Positions 38,282 through 47,877 of a stretch of 64,000 nt of DNA are shown here, piece by piece. Each line of letters starts with the position of its first letter. The first letter of the stretch is position 1. The notes below the pieces were generated by a model, which was not told where the DNA came from, ran no database searches, and saw only the letters and a program-made list of their open reading frames with translations. The translations under genes were made by a program, and so were the position numbers. The stretch is taken from assembly GCA_964634735.1 (NCBI GenBank), contig CAZWMA010000001.1:73350-137349 (forward strand), written 5' to 3'. Source of the DNA: an uncultured Nitrososphaerota archaeon. Lineage in GTDB: Archaea; Thermoproteota; Methanomethylicia; Methanomethylicales; Methanomethylicaceae.

Positions 38282-38689
38282 ATGGCACTTAGAGAATTCA
38301 CGTACCGCGGCTATACAAACAGCCAGCTAGTGAACATGCCGATGGACGAATTCATAAAGCTCCTCCCTGCGAGGCAGAGGAGGTCTTTGCTCAGGGGCCT
38401 TACCCCGGAGCAGAGGGCGCTGTTCGAGAGGATCAGGAAGGCGAAGAACGCCCTAACAAAGGGCAAGAAGCTCGTCATAAGGACGCACTGCAGGGATATG
38501 ATCATCCTCCCGGAGATGGTAGGGCTTACGATTTCAGTCCACAATGGAAAGGAGTTCACGTCGGTCGAGATCCTCCCTGAGATGGTCGGGCACTATCTCG
38601 GTGAGCAAGCGATAACGTGCGGCAAGGTCCAGCACGGCGCGCCAGGTCTCAAGGCAACAAGGAGCTCCATGTTCATACCGCTTAAGTAA
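38282..38689 (+). CDS. rps19: 30S ribosomal protein uS19
   Basis: [28 protein letters not shown]. Confidence 0.97.
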   Translation: MALREFTYRGYTNSQLVNMPMDEFIKLLPARQRRSLLRGLTPEQRALFERIRKAKNALTKGKKLVIRTHCRDMIILPEMVGLTISVHNGKEFTSVEILPEMVGHYLGEQAITCGKVQHGAPGLKATRSSMFIPLK

Positions 38690-38703
38690 GCCTCCTTCCA
38701 TCG

Positions 38704-38757
38704 TTTTTCATTTTTTTCATTTTCCATATTTTTCTTCTCGTAAAAAACTTTTTATAG
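38704..38757 (+). promoter_or_regulatory. T-rich terminator and internal BRE/TATA splitting the S10 cluster between rps19 and rpl22
   Basis: Multiple T-runs, then AAAAAAC-TTTTTATAG. Confidence 0.55.
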
Positions 38758-38816
38758 CCCTCTCAAGTTGTAAATTTGCAATTCGACTCATCATAACAAA
38801 TTCGGATGTGTGGTCA

Positions 38817-39293
38817 ATGCCTGAATACGGGTACTCAATGGAAGAGATTAATCCTGACCGGATGGCTAAGGCGAGTGGTAGAGATCTCCATATTTCGCCT
38901 AAGGAGGCCAGGGAGATTTGCGCTGCGATACGAGACATGCAACTAAACGATGCGATGAAATACTTGGAGCGAGTCATCGAGAAGAAGGAAGGTGTGCCGT
39001 ACGGAAAGTTCAATTCCAACGTGCCGCATCACGCCGAGATTTCATCCAGGTGGGGAATACCGTCAGGCAGGTACCCGATAAAAGCCTCCGCTGAAATACT
39101 CAACGTGCTGAAGAACGCGAAGGCTAATGCCGAGAACAAGGGGCTGGATGTCGAGAATCTGCGGGTCAAGCATGCATGCGCACAGGCAGGCATGAAGCTG
39201 AAGAACTACATACAAAGAGCCTTTGGCAGATCCACTCCGTTCTTACATCCGCTGACTCACGTTGAGATTGTTGTAGAGGAGGCAGGCAATTGA
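38817..39293 (+). CDS. rpl22: 50S ribosomal protein uL22
   Basis: ISPKEAREIC, GRYPIKA, RAFGRS. Confidence 0.96.
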   Translation: MPEYGYSMEEINPDRMAKASGRDLHISPKEAREICAAIRDMQLNDAMKYLERVIEKKEGVPYGKFNSNVPHHAEISSRWGIPSGRYPIKASAEILNVLKNAKANAENKGLDVENLRVKHACAQAGMKLKNYIQRAFGRSTPFLHPLTHVEIVVEEAGN

Positions 39294-39901
39294 GCGTAAT
39301 GCGTTTTTTCATCAACAAAGCATCGAAGAACATGGTTATTGATAATTACCTTAAGAACGAGCTCAAGAGAGCAGGCTATGCTGGAGTAGAGTTCCAGAAG
39401 ACTCCATTGGGCAACCGCGTAGTCATCTATGCGGAGAGGCCAGGCATGGTCATCGGCAGGCAGGGCGTAATGATTCGCGAGCTTGCGCAGACGATCGATT
39501 CAAAGTACCACCTGGAGAACCCGCAGATCGCAGTGATCCCAGTCCAGACTCCTGAGCTAAATGCAAGGATCATGGCGGGCAGAGTTGCCTCCGCATTGGA
39601 GAGGGGCATACACTTCCGGAGGTCTGCGTTCATTGCACTCAGGCAGATATCAGAGGCCGGGGCAAGGGGGGCGGAGATCGTCATTCGAGGGAAGCTCTCG
39701 ACTGAAAGGTCAAGATACGAAAAATTCAAGACCGGCGCCATACTCAAGGCCGGAGATCCGCGGAAGTATGCGATGGACCACGCAGTCACACAAGTCCAGC
39801 TCAAGGCTGGCATGTTCGGCATCCAAGTTAACATATACCTGCCAGTGAACACGATAGACGACATCCACGTGGTTGAGCAGGCTCCAAAGGCTGCGGAGTG
39901 A
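39290..39901 (+). CDS. rps3: 30S ribosomal protein uS3
   Basis: RPGMVIGRQG, PELNA, GARGAEIVIRGKL. Confidence 0.96.
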   Translation: MSVMRFFINKASKNMVIDNYLKNELKRAGYAGVEFQKTPLGNRVVIYAERPGMVIGRQGVMIRELAQTIDSKYHLENPQIAVIPVQTPELNARIMAGRVASALERGIHFRRSAFIALRQISEAGARGAEIVIRGKLSTERSRYEKFKTGAILKAGDPRKYAMDHAVTQVQLKAGMFGIQVNIYLPVNTIDDIHVVEQAPKAAE

Positions 39902-39907
39902 TGAATA

Positions 39908-40282
39908 ATGGCAATCATCAGAATTCATGAGATTAGAAAACTCAGCAAGGAAGACCGGGAAAAACGGCTTATTGAGCTCAAGGTAGAGCTATCGAAGCTC
40001 ATGGCAACAAAGGCTATGGGCGGTTCGCTCGAAAATCCGGGAAGAATCCGCCTCTTGAAGAAGACAATCGCAAGGATCAACACGGTCTCAAGGGAAGAGG
40101 AGCTTGGCATCGCCCGGAAGGTCGAGGGGAAGAAACCAAAAGCAGAGACGACTGAGCAGAAGGAAGAGTCTGATAAGAAATCAGAGGAGCCCGCGGTAGA
40201 AAAAGCAGCGCCAGCTGAGGCCAAGCCGAAGGCAAAGCGAACCAGGAAGGCCAAGGCGGCAGAGGAGGCTCCAAAAGAATGA
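39908..40282 (+). CDS. rpl29: 50S ribosomal protein uL29 with charged C-terminal tail
   Basis: ENPGRIRLLKKTIARINT. Confidence 0.93.
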   Translation: MAIIRIHEIRKLSKEDREKRLIELKVELSKLMATKAMGGSLENPGRIRLLKKTIARINTVSREEELGIARKVEGKKPKAETTEQKEESDKKSEEPAVEKAAPAEAKPKAKRTRKAKAAEEAPKE

Positions 40283-40563
40283 TTTTCAATGTCAACCCGT
40301 ATAATTTGCTTTACACCGACCTGGTTGGGCTGAAAGTGCGCGTAGCTTCGAGCACAGATCCAACCCACATCGGCGTAACCGGAACCGTTGTCGACGAGAC
40401 CGAAAGGACACTCGTTGTGTCCACGGGAATCCGAGAGAAGGCTATCCCGAAGGTTTCGTCCAGTTTCGCTTTTTACCTCCCTGGTGAGGTAATGGTTGAC
40501 GGCAACTCCATAGCCTACAGCCCTGAGGAACGGCTCAAAAGGCTACAGAGGAGGAGAATGTAG
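40279..40563 (+). CDS. rnp1: RNase P protein component 1 (Rpp29/POP4)
   Basis: LVGLKVRV, GTVVDETERTL, IPK, PEERLK; synteny. Confidence 0.9.
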   Translation: MIFNVNPYNLLYTDLVGLKVRVASSTDPTHIGVTGTVVDETERTLVVSTGIREKAIPKVSSSFAFYLPGEVMVDGNSIAYSPEERLKRLQRRRM

Positions 40564-40881
40564 ATGTCACAAGCAAAAGAGTCTAAAATAGCTTCATGTG
40601 GAGACGTAAATTGCCCCGTTCACGGTACCCTCTCAACAAGGGGGATGACCCTGACAGGCAAGGTCGTTAGCGACAAGATGCACAAGAACGTGGTTGTTCA
40701 GATTGACTTCCTTCAGCACTATCCGAAGTACCACAGATATGCCAAGAAGAAGTCCAAGATACACGCTCACAACCCTCCGTGCATAGCTGCAGCGAAGGGC
40801 GATATAGTGACCATACACGAATGCAGGCCATTGAGCAAGACCGTTGCATTTGTAGTGGTCGATAAGAAGGGTGGGGTTTAA
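40564..40881 (+). CDS. rps17: 30S ribosomal protein uS17
   Basis: CGDVNCPVHG, HAHNPPC, ECRPLSKT. Confidence 0.96.
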   Translation: MSQAKESKIASCGDVNCPVHGTLSTRGMTLTGKVVSDKMHKNVVVQIDFLQHYPKYHRYAKKKSKIHAHNPPCIAAAKGDIVTIHECRPLSKTVAFVVVDKKGGV

Positions 40882-40883
40882 GG

Positions 40884-41312
40884 ATGGCGAAGAGAGGTAA
40901 GGGTTTAGGCGGAGGCATTACATACAGACCTGGCATTAGCGGAGGGCTCCATCATGAGTCTCTTCTCAAGTGCACTGACAATAGCGGTGCCAAGGTAGTC
41001 ATGATCATAGGCGTTCCGAGGGTCAAGACAAGAGTGAGACGCATCGGGACCGCCACAGTTGGCGACAAGGTCATTGTGTCGGTGAAGCAAGGAACACCTG
41101 ACACGAGGCGGCAGATCTTCCACTGCGTCATAGTCAGGCAGAGGAAACCGTTCAGGAGGATGGACGGCACCTGGCTCCAGTTCGAGGACAATGCCGGGGT
41201 CATAGTTACTGAGGAAGGCGAAACCAAGGGAACCGAGATACGGGGCCCAGTGGCGAAGGAGGCTGCCGAGAGGTGGCCTAAAGTCGCCGGTCTAGCCTCG
41301 ATGGTGATTTGA
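40884..41312 (+). CDS. rpl14: 50S ribosomal protein uL14
   Basis: DNSGAK, FEDNAGVIV, GPVAKEAAERWP. Confidence 0.97.
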   Translation: MAKRGKGLGGGITYRPGISGGLHHESLLKCTDNSGAKVVMIIGVPRVKTRVRRIGTATVGDKVIVSVKQGTPDTRRQIFHCVIVRQRKPFRRMDGTWLQFEDNAGVIVTEEGETKGTEIRGPVAKEAAERWPKVAGLASMVI

Positions 41313-41686
41313 GGAGGTATGCGCAATTGACAACAACTAGTCCGAAGGCTCAAAGGAAGTCATATTCCAAGCAATCGACGAAGGTCGGCACAATCCGTGC
41401 GCCGCTCTCGACTGCGCTTAAAGGGCAGTATTCCATACGCACGGTCCATGTCCGGAAAGGCGACTCCGTGTCAGTGGTTAGGGGCGACTATAAGGGGCAC
41501 GAGGGGAAGGTTACGGGCGTCTTCACTTCTGATATGAGGATCACCGTTGACGGTGTCAACATGAAGAAGATGGATGGCACAAGCAAGCCCGTGATGATGG
41601 TACCGTCAAAGGTCGTAGTGACGAAGCTGGACCTTAGCGACAAGGTAAGGAAGGGGTCTCTGGAGGACTCCAAGAAATCCAAATGA
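41309..41686 (+). CDS. rpl24: 50S ribosomal protein uL24
   Basis: VRKGDSVSVVRGDYKG KOW motif. Confidence 0.94.
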   Translation: MRRYAQLTTTSPKAQRKSYSKQSTKVGTIRAPLSTALKGQYSIRTVHVRKGDSVSVVRGDYKGHEGKVTGVFTSDMRITVDGVNMKKMDGTSKPVMMVPSKVVVTKLDLSDKVRKGSLEDSKKSK

Positions 41687-41705
41687 GTGAATGGAGGAAT
41701 ATTTT

Positions 41706-42440
41706 TTGTCAAGACATCTAAAGACTTATCCGGCACCAAGGTTCTGGCCGATCAAGATCAAGGAACGCGAGTTCGTAATCAGGCCGAATGCAGGTCCTCA
41801 CAAGCTAGTCAATTCCATACCGCTGGGCATCGTCCTCAGGGACGTGCTTGGACATGCGAAAACAGTCTCCGAAGCCAAGCGCATGCTTGCCGAGGGGAAG
41901 GTGCTCGTCGATGGTAAGGTTAAGGTTGACTATAAACTCCCAGTCGGGCTTATGGACGTGATCTACCTCAAGCCAGCAAACACCTACTACCGAATTCTGC
42001 CAAACAACGTAAACGAGATGGCGCTCATGAAGATCACTGCAGAAGATGCATCCTTCAAGCTTGCAAGAGTGACAGGGAAACGCCTTCTGAAGAACAAGAA
42101 AGCACAAATCAACCTTCACGATGGGCGATGCGTTGTCATAGACGTGAGCGATTCTTTCAACGTCCAGATCCCGTACCGGCTTATGGATACGGTCAAGCTT
42201 TCCCTGCCAGATGGACAGATTTTAGACCACGTGCCGCTGGCGGTCGGGGCATTTGTCTCTATTACAGGCGGAACGAAGATCGGCAAGTTCGGCACCATCA
42301 AGGATATGCCGAAGAAGAAAAGCCCGAACCAGCTAGCGACGGTCGTCGTCGGGGACGCAGAAACTACCGTCATGCTTAAGTATCTATTCCCAATTGGTAA
42401 GGAAAGTCCAATCATCAACATAAATGGAGAAGTGACTTAA
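41706..42440 (+). CDS. rps4e: 30S ribosomal protein eS4
   Basis: RHLK..PAP..W, GPH, PVGLMDVI, NLHDGR; TTG start after GGAGG (ATG 41691 alternative). Confidence 0.95.
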   Translation: MSRHLKTYPAPRFWPIKIKEREFVIRPNAGPHKLVNSIPLGIVLRDVLGHAKTVSEAKRMLAEGKVLVDGKVKVDYKLPVGLMDVIYLKPANTYYRILPNNVNEMALMKITAEDASFKLARVTGKRLLKNKKAQINLHDGRCVVIDVSDSFNVQIPYRLMDTVKLSLPDGQILDHVPLAVGAFVSITGGTKIGKFGTIKDMPKKKSPNQLATVVVGDAETTVMLKYLFPIGKESPIININGEVT

Positions 42441-42441
42441 G

Positions 42442-42996
42442 TTGTCCGCGGGTGCTACAGCCGCCGAGGGCGGCCAATTGAACCCCATGCTTACACTGAA
42501 GATAGGAAAAGTAGTTGTAAACATGGGTCTAGGCGAAGGTGGAGAGAAGCTTGAGAAGGCAATGACCGTACTCAAGTCTCTTACCGGAGTAAAACCATGT
42601 CCCAGGAAGGCCAAAAAGCCGATCAGGGATTTCGGAGTCAGAAAGGGCGAGAACATCGCATGCATCGCGACCATAAGGGGTCCAGCGGTGGATGATTTCT
42701 TGAAGCGCGCCTTTGAGTCAAAGAAGAACAAGATCAAGGAGAGCTGCTTCGACGATTTTGGCAATGTCTCTTTTGGGATAACTGAGCACATTAACATACC
42801 GGGGACGAAGTATGACCCGCGGCTCGGGATATTCGGGATGAATGTCTGCGTCGTCATAGAGAGGCCAGGCTATAGGGTGTCCCGCAGGAGCGAGCGCCCA
42901 GGTAGCATCGGTCGCAGTCACCGCGTCAACAAGGCAGAGTCCATAGCATTCATGACCGAGCGCTATGGGATACGCCTCGACGTCAAGGAGGAGTAG
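42442..42996 (+). CDS. rpl5: 50S ribosomal protein uL5
   Basis: [35 protein letters not shown]. Confidence 0.96.
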   Translation: MSAGATAAEGGQLNPMLTLKIGKVVVNMGLGEGGEKLEKAMTVLKSLTGVKPCPRKAKKPIRDFGVRKGENIACIATIRGPAVDDFLKRAFESKKNKIKESCFDDFGNVSFGITEHINIPGTKYDPRLGIFGMNVCVVIERPGYRVSRRSERPGSIGRSHRVNKAESIAFMTERYGIRLDVKEE

Positions 42997-42998
42997 AA

Positions 42999-43166
42999 AT
43001 GGGTAAGTATCATCATGCCAAGGAAAGGAAGTTCGGCAAAGGCAGCAGACGTTGCAAACGCTGCGGGTCAAAGGGTAGCTCAATCATCAGGCGGTACAAC
43101 CTAAACATCTGCAGGCAATGCTTCAGAGAGTCTGCTGAGGGTCTGGGCTTCAAGAAATATATGTGA
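42999..43166 (+). CDS. rps14: 30S ribosomal protein uS14 (zinc type), not in the ORF track
   Basis: [23 protein letters not shown]...[13 protein letters not shown]. Confidence 0.95.
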   Translation: MGKYHHAKERKFGKGSRRCKRCGSKGSSIIRRYNLNICRQCFRESAEGLGFKKYM

Positions 43167-43178
43167 GGTTGACAAAAA

Positions 43179-43571
43179 ATGTGGGTTCAAGATCCTCTTG
43201 CAAACGCACTCGTAAACATTATGAACAGCGAAGAGAGGGGCAAAACAGAATGCATAGTAACCCCCGCTCCGAAGCTGATCGCAAATGTCCTTAGGACGCT
43301 GCAGAAAGCAGGCTACGTGGGAGAGTTCGAGCTTATCGATGATGGAAGGCTCGGCAAGCTCAGAATACAGCTTCTGGGCAGGATAAACAAGTGCGGCGTA
43401 ATCAAGCCGTACTTCTCTGTCTCGTACAACGAACTAGAAGACTGGGCTCACCAGTATCTTCCGGGTAAGGACATTGGCTTCATTATACTTACCACGCCGA
43501 AGGGCATACTCACGCACAAAGATGCCGTCGCCAACAAAGTTGGCGGAAGGCTGATGGCGTACGTCTACTAG
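43179..43571 (+). CDS. rps8: 30S ribosomal protein uS8
   Basis: DPLANAL, IDDGR.G, GGRLMAYVY. Confidence 0.97.
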   Translation: MWVQDPLANALVNIMNSEERGKTECIVTPAPKLIANVLRTLQKAGYVGEFELIDDGRLGKLRIQLLGRINKCGVIKPYFSVSYNELEDWAHQYLPGKDIGFIILTTPKGILTHKDAVANKVGGRLMAYVY

Positions 43572-43583
43572 GAGGAATTACAA

Positions 43584-44114
43584 ATGGCAGAGTATGCAAG
43601 TTTAAAAATTAAAGTTCCTGAGGGTGTCCAGGCTCAGCTCACCGATTCGACGGTAACAGTGACAGGGCCAAAAGGCAAGCTGACTAGGGACTTTACGCAC
43701 ACAAGGATGAATCTTGAGATCTCTAACGATGAGATCACGATAACTGCTCCCCTGAAAGGAAAGCGCCTGAAAGCCTTGGTAGGCACAGTAGGCGCTCACA
43801 TCAAGAACATGTGCAAGGGAGTAACCTCTGGGCACATCTACCACATGAAGGTCGTATATGCGCACTTCCCTATCACTGTCAAGGTGGCCGGGAAACAGGT
43901 TCTCATAGAGAACTTTATGGGCGAAAGGTCGAGACGTACTGCGAGCATCGTGGGCAACGTTAAGGTTACTGTCCAAGGCGACGAGCTGACTTTGGAGAGC
44001 ACGGACAAAGAAGATCTAGGTCAGACCGCTGCTAACATACACTTCGCGACTCACGTAAAGAAGATGGACCCGAGGGTCTTCCAGGACGGGGTCTACGTTT
44101 CAGGGAGGGCATAG
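43584..44114 (+). CDS. rpl6: 50S ribosomal protein uL6
   Basis: GPKGKL, YAHFPI, DPRVFQDGVYV. Confidence 0.96.
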   Translation: MAEYASLKIKVPEGVQAQLTDSTVTVTGPKGKLTRDFTHTRMNLEISNDEITITAPLKGKRLKALVGTVGAHIKNMCKGVTSGHIYHMKVVYAHFPITVKVAGKQVLIENFMGERSRRTASIVGNVKVTVQGDELTLESTDKEDLGQTAANIHFATHVKKMDPRVFQDGVYVSGRA

Positions 44115-44116
44115 CA

Positions 44117-44692
44117 ATGGCGAACAAGTCACCCAAAGAAATGAAGAAGGCTCTCAAGATAAGGGCGAAGGTAGCAAGCGAAAGACCGGACTTTCCGCGC
44201 TCTGAGACACACCGCTTCCCAAGGCTGGGAGACAAGTGGCGCAGCAGCAAGGGCATCAGGTCCAAGATGAGGCTGAAGAAGCGTGGCCGCTCAGCGATTG
44301 TCGAGACCGGATACCGCGGTCCCACATCGGTAAGAGGGCTGCATCCAACCGGAAAGGAAGATGTGCTCATCCACAACGTGAGCGAGCTCGATGGCATTAA
44401 CCCAGAGACGCAGGTAGTAAGAATATCTGCAACATCCGGAAAGAAGAAGCGCATCGAGATAATGAAGAAAGCCGAAGAGCTCAAGATTGACGTCCTCAAC
44501 ATCAGGGCATCAGAGGTTCCGAAGAAGGCCGATGCAGAAGAGGCGGTTGAAGAGAAATCAGAGGAGACCTCAGAAGAGGGCGCCGAGGAGTCCTCCGAGA
44601 GCGCCGACGAGGAAACGGTGGAGACCGAAGAGCCTGCAGCTGAAGAGGACGAAATAGGAGAAACTAACGACGAAGAGGCTGAACGCAAATGA
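44117..44692 (+). CDS. rpl32e: 50S ribosomal protein eL32 with acidic C-terminal tail
   Basis: KGIRSKMR, GYRGP..VRGLHP. Confidence 0.94.
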   Translation: MANKSPKEMKKALKIRAKVASERPDFPRSETHRFPRLGDKWRSSKGIRSKMRLKKRGRSAIVETGYRGPTSVRGLHPTGKEDVLIHNVSELDGINPETQVVRISATSGKKKRIEIMKKAEELKIDVLNIRASEVPKKADAEEAVEEKSEETSEEGAEESSESADEETVETEEPAAEEDEIGETNDEEAERK

Positions 44693-45123
44693 GTCTCAGA
44701 AACCAGAAGAAAATGGCAGCAGACGTCTTAAAAATCGGCGAGACGCGTGTCTGGATCGACCCAGAGCGATTTGAAGACGTCAGCATCGCAATCACACGCG
44801 ACGACGTGCGCGCTTTGATAAAGGACGGCGCCATCTCAACTAGGCCCGAAGTAGGCATAAGCCGAGGCAGATTCCGGCACAACCACCTCCAGAAGAGGAA
44901 GGGGCTGCGGAAAGGCCCAGGCACGAGGAAGGGCGTAGTGAGGGGCGACGAATGGGAGAACCGCATACGATCGATGAGGGAATTCCTAAAGCTGCTCAGG
45001 AAGAGGAAGATAATTACTCCAGCAGTCTACAGGACTCTATACCTCAAGGCAAAAGGCGGCGCATTCCATGACCGAAGGCAGCTCAAATCCTACGTAGAGG
45101 AGCACGAGTTGGCGAGGAGGTAA
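44689..45123 (+). CDS. rpl19e: 50S ribosomal protein eL19
   Basis: RVWIDP, GPGTRKG, YLKAKGG. Confidence 0.96.
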   Translation: MSLRNQKKMAADVLKIGETRVWIDPERFEDVSIAITRDDVRALIKDGAISTRPEVGISRGRFRHNHLQKRKGLRKGPGTRKGVVRGDEWENRIRSMREFLKLLRKRKIITPAVYRTLYLKAKGGAFHDRRQLKSYVEEHELARR

Positions 45124-45128
45124 TTGAT

Positions 45129-45719
45129 ATGGCAAAAGGAACTAACTACAGAGTAGCTTTCAGGAGAAGGCGTGAAGCCAGGACCGATTACAGGCTCAGA
45201 CGTAAGCTCATCATAAGCGGGTCATTGAGGCTTGTAGTGAGGAAATCGCTCAAGCACATTAACCTGCAGCTAGTTGAGGCAAAGTTCGAGGGAGACTCAG
45301 TGTTGGCCCATGCTGGAACCATTGAACTCAAGAAATTCGGCTGGAAGGTTGGGACGGGAAACCTGCCCGCATCTTACCTCGCTGGGTTCCTGCTAGGAAA
45401 ACGCGCTATCGCTATGGATAAGAACACGGCGATCGCCGACTTCAACAGCTATAAGATTACAGCTTCAAACAAGCTCTATGCTGCACTGAAAGGTGCAATC
45501 GATGCAGGCCTAGGCGTTCCGCATGACGAGAAGGTCATCCCGGATGACGATCGCGTCAGTGGGGCACACATCGCGAAATATGCCGACGAGATGCAGAAGG
45601 CAGACCCTGCAAAGTACCAGGCTTACTTCTCCCAATATCTCGCAGGCGGCATCGCTCCGGAGAAACTCGCCGAGCACTTTGAGGCTACAAAGAAAAGGAT
45701 TGAGAAAGAGGTAAAGTGA
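45129..45719 (+). CDS. rpl18: 50S ribosomal protein uL18
   Basis: RRRREARTDY, GNLPASYLAG, LKGAIDAGL. Confidence 0.96.
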   Translation: MAKGTNYRVAFRRRREARTDYRLRRKLIISGSLRLVVRKSLKHINLQLVEAKFEGDSVLAHAGTIELKKFGWKVGTGNLPASYLAGFLLGKRAIAMDKNTAIADFNSYKITASNKLYAALKGAIDAGLGVPHDEKVIPDDDRVSGAHIAKYADEMQKADPAKYQAYFSQYLAGGIAPEKLAEHFEATKKRIEKEVK

Positions 45720-45720
45720 C

Positions 45721-46326
45721 ATGTCTTACACAACAACCCAATGGGTCCCAAGAACCTCACTAGGCAAGCAAGTGCTGGAGGGCAAGATCACTAGCATCAA
45801 GGAAGTCTTCGAGCAGAACATACCTATTAAGGAACCCGAGATAGTCGACATGCTGCTCCCGGACATGAAGCACGAGGTACTAGACGTTAACATTGTCCAG
45901 AAGCAGACCGACGCCGGCGAGATCACAAAGTTCAAGATCGGAGTAGTCGTAGGCAACAACGATGGATATATCGGCATAGGGATCGGAAAGTCCAAGCAGA
46001 TGCGGTTCGCAATCGACAAGGCAGTCGCAGATGCCAAGTTGAACCTGACCCCGGTAAAGAGAGGTTGCGGCAACTGGGAATGCACATGCGGCAAGACCCA
46101 CAGCCTGCCTTACAAAGTAGATGGCAAGAACGGCAGCGTCTCCGTGACCCTAATACCTGCTCCCAAGGGGATCGGGCTGATTGGTGGCGCAGTCGCAAAG
46201 ACAATCCTTACGTTTGCAGGCATTAAGGACGCCTGGGTTGTATCATACGGCGAGACGAGGACAACTATTAACTTCGCAGGCGCAGTATACGAGGCGCTGA
46301 AGAACACTTACAGGTTCAAGCAGTGA
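45721..46326 (+). CDS. rps5: 30S ribosomal protein uS5
   Basis: WVPRTSLG, QKQTDAG, RGCGNWEC. Confidence 0.97.
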   Translation: MSYTTTQWVPRTSLGKQVLEGKITSIKEVFEQNIPIKEPEIVDMLLPDMKHEVLDVNIVQKQTDAGEITKFKIGVVVGNNDGYIGIGIGKSKQMRFAIDKAVADAKLNLTPVKRGCGNWECTCGKTHSLPYKVDGKNGSVSVTLIPAPKGIGLIGGAVAKTILTFAGIKDAWVVSYGETRTTINFAGAVYEALKNTYRFKQ

Positions 46327-46336
46327 GGTATGAAAA

Positions 46337-46795
46337 ATGAAAACATTCTTAGTAATACGCATAAGGGGCAGGATGGGCATAGCCCCTGAGAACCTCGACA
46401 CAATGGATCGCCTCAACATCCCAAAGAAGAACAACGCAGCGATATGGACCGATGACCCTTCAACAGTAGGCATGATTAACAAAATAGGGGACTACGTAAC
46501 CTGGGGAGAGATCAATAAGGAAACCTTGATGGCCATGATTGAGAAGAGGGGAAGGCTTCCGGGTGATCTCAAGCTTACAGCGGACACGCTCAAGACGAAT
46601 AAACTGGGCACGATCGAGGAAATCGCTGACAAGATACTTGCGGAAGGGAAAGTCCCAGAGCCTATCAAGCGCACATTCAGGCTCACACCCCCAAGCGGCG
46701 GCTTTAAGCACCATATAACCAGGCACATAAAGTCTGACGGTGAGCTCGGCTACCGCGGCGCAGAGATTAACGCACTCATCATCAAGATGATCTGA
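46337..46795 (+). CDS. rpl30: 50S ribosomal protein uL30
   Basis: VIRIRG, YVTWGE, FRLTPPSGG, GELGYRG. Confidence 0.96.
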   Translation: MKTFLVIRIRGRMGIAPENLDTMDRLNIPKKNNAAIWTDDPSTVGMINKIGDYVTWGEINKETLMAMIEKRGRLPGDLKLTADTLKTNKLGTIEEIADKILAEGKVPEPIKRTFRLTPPSGGFKHHITRHIKSDGELGYRGAEINALIIKMI

Positions 46796-46841
46796 GCCTT
46801 TTTTTGTGCTCAAAACTCTTTTTTATCCCTGCACATAATAT

Positions 46842-47363
46842 GTGTCAGGGGGATTTTGTATCACCAAGAAGAGCTACTTCTGGGCCGACCCATTCTGGGA
46901 CCTTAACCGGATCGATGCCCTGATGGAAGAGTTCATGAACGAGGCATTCGAGTCTATGATGAATGCTGAAAGGAACCAGCGCCTGATGTACTATGGATTC
47001 TCCGTCTCTGTTGGGCCTGATGGCAAGCCATTGATTAGCGAATTCGGGAACGTGCGCCCTGGTCTTGAAGGGCCAGAGCTCCGCGAGGAGATATCCCCGC
47101 TCGTGGACATCATGGACTCCAAGGGTTGCATAACCGTCTTCGCAGAGCTGCCGGGGGTCGAGAAGAAGGATATAGACCTCAAGGTGGCGGAGGACTGCCT
47201 TACTATCTCAGTCGAGAAAGAGAAGAGAAATTATTACAAGGAGGTCGCCCTCCCGGCAAACGTGAAACCTGGAACTGCAAAGGCGAGCTACAAGAACGGG
47301 GTGCTCGAAGTCTCTCTGGAGAAGGCTGGAAAGCAATCCGGCAAGAGGATAACCGTCAAATAA
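46842..47363 (+). CDS. Archaeal small heat-shock protein (Hsp20); start uncertain
   Basis: YYGFSVSVGPDGKP, EFGNV, AELPGVEK, ASYKNGVLEV. Confidence 0.93.
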   Translation: MSGGFCITKKSYFWADPFWDLNRIDALMEEFMNEAFESMMNAERNQRLMYYGFSVSVGPDGKPLISEFGNVRPGLEGPELREEISPLVDIMDSKGCITVFAELPGVEKKDIDLKVAEDCLTISVEKEKRNYYKEVALPANVKPGTAKASYKNGVLEVSLEKAGKQSGKRITVK

Positions 47364-47435
47364 GCCCCCTAAAAAAGTAAAAATATTTAAGATAGACGCC
47401 GGTTTTGTTATCGCTAATCATAGTGGTGTTTACAG

Positions 47436-47870
47436 ATGGTTGTCAGAAGAGATCGCAAAGTTCGCAGACAGCGAGGTTCCAGGCTTTATGGTTGGGGCAC
47501 AATAGGGCAGCACCGGAAGTCTGGCATGCGCGGTGGCTATGGCGCTGCAGGCTATCACAAGCACAAGTGGAGTTACGTTACTACTTATGACAAGGATCAC
47601 TTTGGAAAGGACGGCTTCGTGAGGCCAGACGCAGTCACCCACGAGGTTCATGCGATCAATGTTGGCACTATAGCCGCAATGATTCATGGGAAGGTCCTTA
47701 CCCAGGACGAGAAGGGCAGGGCAGTCTTGGACATGTCCACGATGGGCATCGACAAGGTCCTCGGTGGCGGCAAGATCGACTTTCCGATTGTGATTAAGGT
47801 ATCGGGCGTTAGTGAGCTAGCCAAGAAGAAGATAGCGGATGCCGGCGGAGAAGTACTGACGGCAGAGTGA
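47436..47870 (+). CDS. rpl15: 50S ribosomal protein uL15
   Basis: RGSRLYGWG, GGYGAAG, KVLGGG, KIADAGG. Confidence 0.96.
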   Translation: MVVRRDRKVRRQRGSRLYGWGTIGQHRKSGMRGGYGAAGYHKHKWSYVTTYDKDHFGKDGFVRPDAVTHEVHAINVGTIAAMIHGKVLTQDEKGRAVLDMSTMGIDKVLGGGKIDFPIVIKVSGVSELAKKKIADAGGEVLTAE

Positions 47871-47877
47871 AAGCTCA

